Part shown: in pieces, positions 10,569 to 20,927 of the stretch | Layout: each line of letters opens with the position of its first letter | Numbering within the stretch: position 1 is the stretch's first letter | Source: Bacilli bacterium | GTDB taxonomy: Bacteria > Bacillota_I > Bacilli_A > RF39 > UBA660 | Assembly (NCBI GenBank): GCA_017484125.1 | Contig: JAFUTV010000027.1 | Span: 10,375-74,374 of the forward strand | Direction of reading: 5' to 3' | Length of the DNA: 64,000 bases | Notes under the pieces: model-generated | Database searches by the model: none | The model's input: the letters and a program-made list of their open reading frames with translations, nothing else | Told to the model about the DNA's origin: nothing | Made by a program: the position numbers and the translations under genes

Positions 10569-11465
10569 TTAAATAAATGGCAAATTTTTCCTCTTTATAC
10601 CACCATCTACTTCATAACAATCAGATACTACAAAGAATGCTTCGTTATCTAATTGTAAGACACGTTCTTTAACTCGATAATAATCTCTTGTTGGAACAAC
10701 AACCATAAGCATTTCTCTTTTAACTTTTTTATAAGCACCTTCAGTATTAAATACCGTTACACCTGTTTTTAATTCATCCATTATAAATTCTTCAATTAGT
10801 TTATATTTTTTTGAATAAATAAAGAACATTTTACAATCTGATATTCCGATTAATATTTTATCCATAATATTTGCTATAAACATTAAGATAATTACAGAAT
10901 ATACTATTGTGTTTACCCCAAATACTAAACCACCGCAGCTTAAGATAATTACATTGCACATAAATGATGCATTACCTTCAGTTATTTCTAAATACTTATT
11001 AACAAGTTTAACTAAGATGTCACCACCACCAGTATTAAATCCAACTTTATAGATTAACCCAGATCCTAATCCATTTAAACAACCACATATTAATACTGTT
11101 ATTAAAAAATTACTAAAGTTAAGATATGGTAATATTAAATGTGCTAATGGAGCGGTAATTGAAATAACAAAAGGATATAATAATGAACCAACTATTGCTC
11201 TTCTGGTTACTTTTTTACCTAAAAATAGAAAACTAACAACTAGCAAGATAGCATTAATTACATAAATAGATATTATAGGCTTAAATCCAAATACTCTCTC
11301 TAAAATAACTGCCATTCCACTTGCTCCACCCAAAACAAAATTATTAGGTAAAACAAATAAATTATAATTCATAGATAAAATAAATACACCTAAAAGAAAT
11401 ATTAAAAATCTCTTTATTAAATCTTCTTTTTTTATATATCCTAAAATACTATCCACACATACCAC
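10569..11465 (-). CDS. YitT-family membrane protein (DUF161/DUF2179)
   Basis: Five or six TM helices plus a C-terminal soluble DUF2179-like domain. Confidence 0.65.
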   Translation of the reverse strand: MVCVDSILGYIKKEDLIKRFLIFLLGVFILSMNYNLFVLPNNFVLGGASGMAVILERVFGFKPIISIYVINAILLVVSFLFLGKKVTRRAIVGSLLYPFVISITAPLAHLILPYLNFSNFLITVLICGCLNGLGSGLIYKVGFNTGGGDILVKLVNKYLEITEGNASFMCNVIILSCGGLVFGVNTIVYSVIILMFIANIMDKILIGISDCKMFFIYSKKYKLIEEFIMDELKTGVTVFNTEGAYKKVKREMLMVVVPTRDYYRVKERVLQLDNEAFFVVSDCYEVDGGIKRKNLPFI

Positions 11466-11527
11466 CTGCTATTATAAATTATACTATATTTTTTTGAATT
11501 TGCATATAGTTAAAAGAGGTGAAAATA

Positions 11528-11848
11528 GTGAATGGATCATATTTTTCAAATCCAACATTTCCAAATAATGAATCGTCAATGAAAAATATTGATGATAAAG
11601 TTGAAGAAATGGGAAGAAATAGCGAAAATTTAGAGGATTTATTTGAAAATAATATTGGAAAAATTGTTAAAGTATATTCTTGTTTTAAATATTCAAATGA
11701 ATGGAGAGACAAAATATTTGAAGGACGACTTGAATATTCTAATGATAAATATCTAGTTGTTAGCGATCCAAAATCAGGTGATTATAATTTAATTTTAATT
11801 AAATATCTAAATTTCATATCATTTAATGAAAAAATAAAAAGCATATAA
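11528..11848 (+). CDS. Hypothetical small cytoplasmic protein
   Basis: Compositionally normal ORF. Probable GTG start at 11528, placed 6 nt after AAGAGGTG. Preferred over the overlapping antisense ORF 11479..11712. Confidence 0.35.
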   Translation: MNGSYFSNPTFPNNESSMKNIDDKVEEMGRNSENLEDLFENNIGKIVKVYSCFKYSNEWRDKIFEGRLEYSNDKYLVVSDPKSGDYNLILIKYLNFISFNEKIKSI

Positions 11849-11859
11849 GCTTTTTATTT

Positions 11860-12372
11860 TTAAATAATATGGTATTTGGTAATAATTTGTTTTTCTTCTT
11901 TAAGTGTGGATATACTTCCATGTCCTGGATAAATATAGGTATCTAATGGATAAGTAAAAATCTTTTTTAATGAATTTTTCATATCATTAATATTACCCGT
12001 TGGTAAATCCATTCTGCCAATTCCATCTTTAAATATGAAATCACCTACAAACATTACTTTTTCATCTTTAAAATAAAATGTCAATGAATCACTTGTATGA
12101 CCGGGAGTTTCTATAACATCAAAATTAAAGTTGATAACATCAAAGTTATTAACAGGAACATTGTATTTTTCTTTTAATTCATCCAATGCTCCTATATGGT
12201 CAAAATGATGATGAGTAATTAAAATACCTATTACTTTCTTATCAATTTCAGATATTATTTTTTCTACTTCGTCTCCAGGATCAATTATTATACAGTTATC
12301 ATCTTTTTCAACTATATAACAGTTTTCTTGCAACTGCCCAACTACAACTGTTTTTATATTCATATAAATCAC
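11860..12372 (-). CDS. MBL-fold metallo-hydrolase (glyoxalase II-like)
   Basis: ITHHHFDHIG zinc motif. Confidence 0.75.
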   Translation of the reverse strand: MIYMNIKTVVVGQLQENCYIVEKDDNCIIIDPGDEVEKIISEIDKKVIGILITHHHFDHIGALDELKEKYNVPVNNFDVINFNFDVIETPGHTSDSLTFYFKDEKVMFVGDFIFKDGIGRMDLPTGNINDMKNSLKKIFTYPLDTYIYPGHGSISTLKEEKQIITKYHII

Positions 12373-12440
12373 CTATGATATTTAAATTATATCATAAAAA
12401 AATATTAAAAATATTAAATTATATGATATAATTACAATAG

Positions 12441-12995
12441 GTGAATGATATGGAATTAGTATATGCGTTATTAATAATTTTAATTATTGCTTGTTTATTA
12501 GCAATTGTTTATGTTTTTTATTATAATAAATTGCAAGAAGCTAAATTAAAAGTAAACGAAGCAGAATCAATTATTGATGAGAATTTAAGAAAAAAATATG
12601 ATACTATCATTGATATTAAAAATTTAATAGATAATACTATAAAAAATAACAAAATAAATTTTAAAGATTTAAATAATTTAAAAGAATTAAATTTATCCAA
12701 CTTTGATTTAGATAGAAAATTAGATGAATATATGAACTTAATTAACACAGTATCTGAAGATCATAAGAAAATTAATGATAGTAAAGAAATGGATGAATTT
12801 TTATCAGAAATAAAAAGAATAGATGAAAAAATTACGTCTGCTAAATCTTTTTATAATAATTACATAACTGAGTCGAATTTATTAGCAAAAAAATTTCCAT
12901 CAAACATTATTGCAAGAATTCATGGAATTAATGTAAAACCATTCTTTGATAATAAAAACATGGAAGATGAAGATATCAATGATTTTAAATTATAA
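12441..12995 (+). CDS. LemA-family protein
   Basis: Single N-terminal TM plus a LemA-like helical domain. Confidence 0.6.
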   Translation: MNDMELVYALLIILIIACLLAIVYVFYYNKLQEAKLKVNEAESIIDENLRKKYDTIIDIKNLIDNTIKNNKINFKDLNNLKELNLSNFDLDRKLDEYMNLINTVSEDHKKINDSKEMDEFLSEIKRIDEKITSAKSFYNNYITESNLLAKKFPSNIIARIHGINVKPFFDNKNMEDEDINDFKL

Positions 12996-13649
12996 TGTCC
13001 AATCTATTGGTTGGATATTATTTTTTTCTAAATATTTATTTGCCTTTGAAAATGGTTTACTACCAAAAAAGCCATATGATGCACTAAATGGTGATGGATG
13101 AGCACTTTCTATTACTAAGTGTTTAGGATTAGTAATAAATACTTTCTTTGATCTTGCAAAATTTCCCCATAAAATAAATACTATAGGTCTATCACTTGCA
13201 TTTAATTTTTTTATAATATAATCCGTTAGTGGTTGCCATCCAATATTGGCATGAGAATTTGCTTTATCTTTTTCTACTGTTAAAGTAGCATTTAATAATA
13301 ATACACCCTGTTTTGCCCATTTTGTTAAATCTCCATTTGATGATGGGATTATATTTAAATCATTATATAATTCTTTATAAATATTTTTTAAAGATGGAGG
13401 AAGTTTAATTCCTTTTTGTACTGAAAAAGACAATCCGTGTGCCTCACCTTCACCATGATATGGATCTTGACCAACAATTACTACTTTTACTTCTTTATAA
13501 GGTGTTAGTTTTAAGGCATTAAAAATATATTCTTTAGGTGGATATATTATTTTCTTATTATATAACTCTAATACACTATTATAAAATTTATTAAAATTAG
13601 ATGAATTCCAAATAACGCTTAATTCGCTATCCCAATCATTTCCAATCAT
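12990..13649 (-). CDS. ung: Uracil-DNA glycosylase
   Basis: Family-1 UDG motifs VVIVGQDPYH, HGLSF and a C-terminal HPSP. Confidence 0.9.
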   Translation of the reverse strand: MIGNDWDSELSVIWNSSNFNKFYNSVLELYNKKIIYPPKEYIFNALKLTPYKEVKVVIVGQDPYHGEGEAHGLSFSVQKGIKLPPSLKNIYKELYNDLNIIPSSNGDLTKWAKQGVLLLNATLTVEKDKANSHANIGWQPLTDYIIKKLNASDRPIVFILWGNFARSKKVFITNPKHLVIESAHPSPFSASYGFFGSKPFSKANKYLEKNNIQPIDWTL

Positions 13650-13693
13650 AAATAGTCACTTCCTACATAATTATAACATATTTAAACATAATA

Positions 13694-13719
13694 AAAACTA
13701 CGATTTCTCGTAGTTTTTA
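13694..13719 (-). terminator. Rho-independent terminator
   Basis: aaaaactacga-tttc-tcgtagttttt hairpin immediately 3' of the 13728..15458 gene. Confidence 0.5.
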
Positions 13720-13727
13720 AAATCTTA

Positions 13728-15458
13728 TTACATAAATGTAATTATAGTAAATACTACACATAATACTATAACTAATGCAATTAAGAACTTCCATATAGCT
13801 TTAAAATAATCTTTATAAGACATATTGCTTAATGAAAGGCCAGTAAGCATAAATATACTTGTTGGAGCAATTAATGCAACCAATCCACTTGTAGCAGACA
13901 TAATAGCTAATATTTGTTCAGTATGTTGAGCATATTTAGCAGCATAGAATTGTCCAAGTACAAATCCAGTATATTCAACATCTACATGTAAGAAGTCAGC
14001 AATAGTATTACCTAATGCAGTTAAGTATGGACTAAAGTTATTACCACTATTAAAGAAATTAACAATATTAGTAGTAATTCCTGACCAGTAACATAATACA
14101 AATACAGAGTATGCAAGTGTAATTAATACGATTGGTTTAATAACTTTCTTTAATCCAGATAAAGCGTTTTCAATAATTTCATCATCTACTACGCTAATAT
14201 TTTTATTTAGGAAGAATCTAATTAATAGATATGTTACTGAAATTGCTGCTGCTAACATTCCAAAATTAACGAATTCAAATGCTTTAGTAAATTTTAATAA
14301 TTCACACACAGCAATAACAACTATAACAATTCCTAAATCAATTAATAATTTTTTGAAATCCTTAGAAGTTAATTTTTTGATTTTCTTAACAAATACAATA
14401 ATAATTACAATTATTAGGAATATATATGATATTACAAATGGATCCCAAGTTCCAAATGCTCCAACATTTCCTAAAATTTGACCAATAATTGGTGTTTGAT
14501 TTTCACCAACAACGATTTCAGTTGTTAACCAATTATGGAAATTAGCAAATGTTTCATTATTAAATATATTATCAAATTGAATATATCCTAATATTGTAAT
14601 AATAAATAAGAATGCAAACATTAAGAAATATGGCCATGAAGCTGCTTTAGCATTGCTTTCGCTTAATTCAAAATTATCTTCAGCAATTTCAGCATTAGTA
14701 TTCTTTTTATTAAATAATACCATAAATATATTAATTAAAAGATAACCAACCACTAAAATAATTGCACGATATAAAATACCACTAGTTAATTCAATACCTA
14801 AATTTTGGCTTGCATAATATGTTCCATATGTTCCATATGTCAATCCCATTAAACCTACAGCTAAAGATCCATAAGTCATTAACATAGCAGTTACTTTATT
14901 AATCTTTAATTCTTTAGCAATACTATAAATTAATGGAATAAATGTTATTACTACAATTGGTTGTGTAATAAATGATGTTAATATTGCAATTATTAATGAA
15001 GTTATTAAAGTAAATAGAACTTCTCTTGATTTAAACAATGATGCACATTTTTTTACCATGGCTTTATATCCATTAGTTTTAGAAATAATACCATAGAAAA
15101 TACCAAGAGCAACTAAAAATACTATTTGTACTAAATAATAATTAATTCCATAATAAATGCTTAAAAACAATTCATTAATACCTGTAGTAACAGCACTTTC
15201 ATTTTGGGTAAATGTAACAGCAGCATCGCTAGCACTTCCATAATCCCATGTTCCAGTTTTAATAAACCAAGTAATTACAGCAACTACTAATATAACAATT
15301 GCTAATACTTTAAATGTATCATGATTATTACGTTTAGTAGATTGTTTAATTATCTCTTTATTTTCTGATACAGTTTTTACTTCATCTTTTACCACATTTT
15401 TAGTTTTAGTAGCATTTGACTTCTTACTTGTCGTTGTACTTCCTTTTTTCTTTTCCAT
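13728..15458 (-). CDS. Polytopic membrane protein (putative permease) with a Lys/Thr-rich N-terminal tail
   Basis: At least 12 hydrophobic helices. N-terminus KKKGSTTTSKKSNATKTKN. Family not recognised. Confidence 0.55.
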   Translation of the reverse strand: MEKKKGSTTTSKKSNATKTKNVVKDEVKTVSENKEIIKQSTKRNNHDTFKVLAIVILVVAVITWFIKTGTWDYGSASDAAVTFTQNESAVTTGINELFLSIYYGINYYLVQIVFLVALGIFYGIISKTNGYKAMVKKCASLFKSREVLFTLITSLIIAILTSFITQPIVVITFIPLIYSIAKELKINKVTAMLMTYGSLAVGLMGLTYGTYGTYYASQNLGIELTSGILYRAIILVVGYLLINIFMVLFNKKNTNAEIAEDNFELSESNAKAASWPYFLMFAFLFIITILGYIQFDNIFNNETFANFHNWLTTEIVVGENQTPIIGQILGNVGAFGTWDPFVISYIFLIIVIIIVFVKKIKKLTSKDFKKLLIDLGIVIVVIAVCELLKFTKAFEFVNFGMLAAAISVTYLLIRFFLNKNISVVDDEIIENALSGLKKVIKPIVLITLAYSVFVLCYWSGITTNIVNFFNSGNNFSPYLTALGNTIADFLHVDVEYTGFVLGQFYAAKYAQHTEQILAIMSATSGLVALIAPTSIFMLTGLSLSNMSYKDYFKAIWKFLIALVIVLCVVFTIITFM

Positions 15459-15525
15459 ATTTTACCTCCTAATTAAATTATAGCACAAAAATTATAATGT
15501 AAATACTATTTTATTTAAATAGTAT

Positions 15526-15960
15526 TTATTTATGATATGATTCATTACTTATAATTTTAAATGCCCTATATATTTGTTCTAATAAAATACCCCTAAATAA
15601 ACCATGAGGAAAAGTTAGCTTAGAAAATGATAATAACATGTTGGATTTACCTTTTATTAAATCAGATAAACCATTAGATTCGCCAATAATAAAATCAATT
15701 GTAGAATGATGGATAAAAGTATCTTCGAGTAATTTTGAAAAATCAATTGAATTATATTCTTTTCCTTCAATTGCTAAAGATATAACAAAATCATTAGGTT
15801 TAATATATTTTAAAATATTAGTCGTTTCTTTATCTATATCATTATCAGGTATTTCAATAATATTTATTTTATGATATTTACTTATTCTTAATTTATAATC
15901 ATCAATTAATTCTGTTAGATATTTTTCTTTAATCTTACCAATACATATTATATTTATCAT
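15526..15960 (-). CDS. rlmH: 23S rRNA (pseudouridine1915-N3)-methyltransferase RlmH
   Basis: SPOUT fold. N-terminus MINIICIGKIKEKYL resembles RlmH. 144 aa. Confidence 0.8.
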   Translation of the reverse strand: MINIICIGKIKEKYLTELIDDYKLRISKYHKINIIEIPDNDIDKETTNILKYIKPNDFVISLAIEGKEYNSIDFSKLLEDTFIHHSTIDFIIGESNGLSDLIKGKSNMLLSFSKLTFPHGLFRGILLEQIYRAFKIISNESYHK

Positions 15961-16730
15961 ATATTTATTACCTCAGACTTTTCTCTTTGTTTAGCACAAT
16001 CAATATTATTAAATTCGACATTATACTCATCAAATATTTCATAAATTGTATTTAGTGCACATTCAGGTGTATTATTTTCTTTACTTAAATGCATCAACAT
16101 TATTTTTTTAGTATTACTTCCAATTAATTTAGACAAATATATTGAGGCATCTTTATTTGATAAATGTCCATATGGGCCAACTACTCTATCCTTTAACCAT
16201 TTAGGATACTTACCATTAATTAACATTTCAACATCATGATTTGACTCAAACAAATATACTGTTTTATCTTTTAATTTATTAAAAAATTTTTGATTAAGAT
16301 ATCCAGTATCAGTTATATATACCACACTATTATCCTCATAAGTAATTATAAATCCTCTGGAATCATTTGTATCATGACTAGTTTTAACTAATTCTATTTT
16401 AATATTATCTAAAATAAAATCATCACTAAAAAATTCTATATTATTATATTGTCTAACCAAACTTTCAGCAGGTAATTCATCAAACATTACTTTACTCATA
16501 TATATTTTAGGATCATATTTTTTTATAAAATTTTCTAAACATCCAATATGATCATTATGAACATGAGATATAAAAACACTATCAATTTCATTTGGTGTTA
16601 TATCAAGTTCACCTAGTTTACTTGATATATATTTTAAATTCATTCCTAAATCAAGGAATATTTTGTGACTTCCTACTTCAACATAAGTTGAGTTGCCTTC
16701 AGATCCACTTGCTAGTACACATATTCGCAT
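15957..16730 (-). CDS. MBL-fold metallo-hydrolase, YycJ/WalJ-like
   Basis: SGSEGNSTYVE...ISHVHNDH. Overlaps rlmH by 4 nt. Confidence 0.75.
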   Translation of the reverse strand: MRICVLASGSEGNSTYVEVGSHKIFLDLGMNLKYISSKLGELDITPNEIDSVFISHVHNDHIGCLENFIKKYDPKIYMSKVMFDELPAESLVRQYNNIEFFSDDFILDNIKIELVKTSHDTNDSRGFIITYEDNSVVYITDTGYLNQKFFNKLKDKTVYLFESNHDVEMLINGKYPKWLKDRVVGPYGHLSNKDASIYLSKLIGSNTKKIMLMHLSKENNTPECALNTIYEIFDEYNVEFNNIDCAKQREKSEVINI

Positions 16731-16842
16731 TTATATTTCCTTCTTTCTTATTTATTTTATCATAATTAAATTTATAATGAAATTATAAATATTTTACTTT
16801 AGTTAATAATATATGATATAGTATTTAAGAAAGGATAATAAT

Positions 16843-18015
16843 ATGAAAAAGAATAATTTTATAAGTATTGCTTTTGTTTTTATAATTTTTTTTGTTTTTA
16901 TTTGGACTATAGTTAAGCAAGGATTAATTACATTACATATTATTAGTTTTGATAAGACTGATAATTGGCAAGTAGTTGAAGCAACAGGAGATAAAATATA
17001 TGATAAAATTAAAAGTTTTGAGGTAGGAATAGAAAATAGGGTAAATAATTATTTTCCAAATTATATTGGAATAAATGATTTATTCTACACTAGTATTATG
17101 AAAATTGATTCTTTATATTTAAATGATATTTATTTAAAAAATAATAGAGATAATGAAAAAGTTTTTTTTAACAAAACTAAAAATTTTTATTATATAGTAA
17201 ATAATTATAGTGAAAAAGAATTAGATAATAAAATGAATGATCAAATAAGTTTTTTTAATGAATTAAGTAATAAATATAATAACGTATCTTTTAATATATA
17301 TATGCCACTTAGATATGAAATAAACAGTTTTGTTAACATTAAAAACTTAAACGATAAATATAATTATTTTAAATCTAAAATTAATAAAAACATAAATATT
17401 AAAGCACTAGAATCAAATAATACTGATGAATACTTAAATTATTTTTATAAAACTGATCACCACTATAATTCATATGGTGCCAAAAAAGCTTATGATGATA
17501 TATTAGATATGTTTAATATTATTGATTATGAAAACTATAAACATAAAGAAGTAATAGGTAAATATTATGGTTCTGCAGCCAAAAGTTTACTTGTCGATAA
17601 CATTTATGATAATTTAAGTGCTATTGATGTTAATAATTTATTAAATGTTAACATATCTGAAGATAGATTTAAACCATTAAATGTAACTAAAAAAGATAAT
17701 AAATTCTATGATTATTATGTAGCGTATTATGATGGACAATATGATGAAGTAATCTATAACAACACTAACAATAATACGGACAATAATTTATTAATAATTG
17801 GTGATTCACTAGCATGGCAAATAGATTATCTATTAGCAGGTCACTTTAATAATACACATGTAATAAATTTAAGGTATGGTAAATGGTTAAAAAATAATTT
17901 AGATTTAAATAGTTATATTAAAGATAATAAAATAACACATATATTATTTTTACAAGAAGCAGAAGAAGAGATGTTTGATATATATAATTTTAATTTAAAA
18001 GAAAGGGTGAATTAA
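16843..18015 (+). CDS. DHHW-family protein (DHHY variant), partner of an MBOAT acyltransferase
   Basis: N-terminal TM. Motif YKTDHHYNSYGA. SGNH-like IIGDSLAWQ. Stop lies 1 nt from the MBOAT start. Confidence 0.6.
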   Translation: MKKNNFISIAFVFIIFFVFIWTIVKQGLITLHIISFDKTDNWQVVEATGDKIYDKIKSFEVGIENRVNNYFPNYIGINDLFYTSIMKIDSLYLNDIYLKNNRDNEKVFFNKTKNFYYIVNNYSEKELDNKMNDQISFFNELSNKYNNVSFNIYMPLRYEINSFVNIKNLNDKYNYFKSKINKNINIKALESNNTDEYLNYFYKTDHHYNSYGAKKAYDDILDMFNIIDYENYKHKEVIGKYYGSAAKSLLVDNIYDNLSAIDVNNLLNVNISEDRFKPLNVTKKDNKFYDYYVAYYDGQYDEVIYNNTNNNTDNNLLIIGDSLAWQIDYLLAGHFNNTHVINLRYGKWLKNNLDLNSYIKDNKITHILFLQEAEEEMFDIYNFNLKERVN

Positions 18016-18016
18016 C

Positions 18017-19384
18017 ATGGTATTTTCATCAACAATATTTTTATTTATGTTTTTACCCATATTCTTAATTAGTTATTTCTTAGCCAAAAAAACTAAAACT
18101 AAAAATATTATATTGGTTTTATTTTCATTAATATTTTATGCTTGGGGTGAACCATATTATATATTTATAATGATTTTATCAATAATAATTAATTATTACT
18201 TAACAATACTTATGGATAAAAAGAAAAGTAAAGCTATATTAATACTATTAATCATTATAAATATTGGTTTATTATTCTCATTTAAGTATGTAAATTTCTT
18301 TATTAATAATATAAATTATCTTCTTAATTTACACATTAGAAATATTAATTTAGCGCTTCCAATTGGAATTAGTTTTTATACTTTTCAAACATTATCATAT
18401 GTTATAGATGTTTATAAAAGAAAAGTAAATGCACAAAAAAATATTATTAAATTAGCATGTTACATTAGTGCTTTTCCACAATTAATAGCAGGTCCTATTG
18501 TTAGATATATAGATATAGAAAAGGAATTAAATCAAAGAAATACTACTAAAGAAGATTTTAGTGATGGCATTCGAAGATTTATTATTGGTTTGTCAAAAAA
18601 GGTATTAATTGCAAATAATGTTGCCTTTATTTGTGATGCTTTATTTTTAAATGGAATAGAAAATACAGGTTTTATTGGAATAGTTATTGCATCTATTGCT
18701 TATACATTACAAATATACTATGACTTTTCAGGTTATAGTGATATGGCAATTGGTTTAGGAAGAATTTGTGGATTTAAATATATGGAAAACTTTAATTATC
18801 CATATATATCTAAAAATATTACAGATTTTTGGAGAAGATGGCATATATCTTTATCATCATTTTTCAAAGACTATGTTTATATTCCTTTAGGAGGAAGTAA
18901 AACCACAAAGTTTAAACATATTAGAAATATATTAATTGTTTGGATTCTTACTGGTATGTGGCATGGTGCTGAATGGAATTTTATTATATGGGGATTATAC
19001 TATGGAATACTTTTGTTAATAGAAAAATATCTAATAAAAGAAAAAATAAAGAATTCATATATATATCATATACTAACATTAATAATAATTACTATTGGAT
19101 GGTTAATATTTAGAGAAACAAATTTTAACGAATTAATTACATCATTTAAAGCATTATTTGGCGTATATGGATTTGGTTCTATTAGTTCTTTATATTATAT
19201 TGGAATATTATCTTCAAGATATATATTAGCATTTGTTTTAGGAATTATTTTTTCTAGAAATATTATCAATGATAAATTTAAGAATTCCTTTATATTTGAT
19301 TTAATACTTATAATATTATTATTAATATGCATTATATATATTGTAGTAGGAAGTTATAATCCTTTTATATATTATAGATTTTAA
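18017..19384 (+). CDS. MBOAT-family membrane O-acyltransferase (AlgI/DltB-like)
   Basis: Polytopic. Conserved WRRWHISLSSFF...YIPLGG histidine region. Confidence 0.8.
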   Translation: MVFSSTIFLFMFLPIFLISYFLAKKTKTKNIILVLFSLIFYAWGEPYYIFIMILSIIINYYLTILMDKKKSKAILILLIIINIGLLFSFKYVNFFINNINYLLNLHIRNINLALPIGISFYTFQTLSYVIDVYKRKVNAQKNIIKLACYISAFPQLIAGPIVRYIDIEKELNQRNTTKEDFSDGIRRFIIGLSKKVLIANNVAFICDALFLNGIENTGFIGIVIASIAYTLQIYYDFSGYSDMAIGLGRICGFKYMENFNYPYISKNITDFWRRWHISLSSFFKDYVYIPLGGSKTTKFKHIRNILIVWILTGMWHGAEWNFIIWGLYYGILLLIEKYLIKEKIKNSYIYHILTLIIITIGWLIFRETNFNELITSFKALFGVYGFGSISSLYYIGILSSRYILAFVLGIIFSRNIINDKFKNSFIFDLILIILLLICIIYIVVGSYNPFIYYRF

Positions 19385-19411
19385 AAAAGATTGTAGATAA
19401 TATCTACAATC

Positions 19412-20926
19412 TTATTTTTTACTCCATAATATCATTGGATCAATAAACTTTCCACCTCGATAAGGAGGTCCTCCAACTGATATTGTTAAGTGTAAGTGTG
19501 TTCCAGTAACAACTCCAGATTTACCCATTGCACCAATCTTTTGCTTTCTTTTTACTTCATCATATTTTTTTACATAAATATCAGAAAGGTGAGCATAAAC
19601 TGAATAATAACCATTATGATGATCTATTACTATGTTATATCCTGCAGTATCTCCAACCATTCCACCCCATCCAGCTGAAATAACTGTTCCAGCTCCAATT
19701 GAGTAAATTGGTGATCCATATCCAGTTCCTGTGATATCTTGACCTGCATGGAATGCACCCCATCTCCAACCATAACCAGAAGATAAAGTATATGGATAGT
19801 TTGTAGGCCATGCCCAGTTGGAACCATCATCATAATATTTTCCAGTAATATTACTATAGTTATATGTTTTATTACCTCTAGTAATTACTTCATTTACTAC
19901 CTCTCTTAACATATAGGTATTTGCTTGATCTATTTGAGCTTCTTTTGAAGCAGCTCCATTTACTATTTGAATTCTTTTTGCTACTCTTTGAATACCATTT
20001 TTTCCTTCTACATCAATGCTTCTATAGTTTGATGGCTTAGTATTATCATATTTTATTTCAGTATCATATTTTACTTCTGTATCTTCAACAATATATTCTT
20101 CTTCAACAAGTGTTAATTGTGGTTTAATTAATGTTACATTAACTTTTTCGCCAATTGCTAACATATTATTAGCATCTTTAAATTTTGTGTTAGCTATTAA
20201 AAATTCATCTGGATTTAATTCATGAGCATCAGCAATACTTTTAATAGTATCACCTTTTTTTACAGTGTACTCTTCATCTTCTTTATCACCAAACATTAAA
20301 TATTTTGCTAAAGAATCACTATCAGTATATATTTTATCTTCAGTACTTAAATATGTTTCTTTAATAGTAATATTTTCTTCAAAATAAATATTTTCTATTA
20401 AAGAACCAGTATCTTTTATTTCTAATTGACTATCATTTATATAAGCTGTATATCTATCTGATGAAATAAATGAATTAATCAATTTTTGAATTGCTTCTTC
20501 AAATACTTTTTTATCTAAGACATTTATTCTAAATAGTACTTTAGCTTCATTTTCTTCGGTTGGTTTTGAAGCTACAGTTGCTGTATAACCTTTTATTGTA
20601 AATGATTTAACATTTTTAATTCTATTATAAACATCATTTACAGCTATTTCATTATTATCATAGCTTACGTATTTTTCAATTGCAAATCCTTTGGGTGGAT
20701 ATACTTGATCTACATTATATTCATCTTTTATATTTGATTGCTCTTGATTTATCAAGTTATATAATTCATTAGAATTATTAATTAATCCTATAGATTTACC
20801 ATCTAAATATACTTGATATTTTACATTAAATAATTCTTCTTTCGGCTTATTTAAGCCAAGAACAAATACAAATATTGCTAGTAAAAATGTTAATGCAATA
20901 GCTATTACCCTATTCTTTTTATTCAT
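19412..20926 (-). CDS. LysM-domain M23 endopeptidase
   Basis: N-terminal TM. LysM motif YTVKKGDTIKSIA. C-terminal M23 motifs HAGQDI...HLHLTI. Confidence 0.8.
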   Translation of the reverse strand: MNKKNRVIAIALTFLLAIFVFVLGLNKPKEELFNVKYQVYLDGKSIGLINNSNELYNLINQEQSNIKDEYNVDQVYPPKGFAIEKYVSYDNNEIAVNDVYNRIKNVKSFTIKGYTATVASKPTEENEAKVLFRINVLDKKVFEEAIQKLINSFISSDRYTAYINDSQLEIKDTGSLIENIYFEENITIKETYLSTEDKIYTDSDSLAKYLMFGDKEDEEYTVKKGDTIKSIADAHELNPDEFLIANTKFKDANNMLAIGEKVNVTLIKPQLTLVEEEYIVEDTEVKYDTEIKYDNTKPSNYRSIDVEGKNGIQRVAKRIQIVNGAASKEAQIDQANTYMLREVVNEVITRGNKTYNYSNITGKYYDDGSNWAWPTNYPYTLSSGYGWRWGAFHAGQDITGTGYGSPIYSIGAGTVISAGWGGMVGDTAGYNIVIDHHNGYYSVYAHLSDIYVKKYDEVKRKQKIGAMGKSGVVTGTHLHLTISVGGPPYRGGKFIDPMILWSKK

Positions 20927-20927
20927 T

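Noticed and set aside
10440-10652. 70-aa plus-strand ORF spanning the ftsE start and the upstream intergenic region.
   Set aside because: Antisense to ftsE and hydrophobic low complexity.
11479-11712. 77-aa minus-strand ORF overlapping the 11528..11848 plus-strand ORF.
   Set aside because: Its translation is low complexity (S/F/L-rich). The plus-strand frame has more protein-like composition and an RBS. Both are low confidence.
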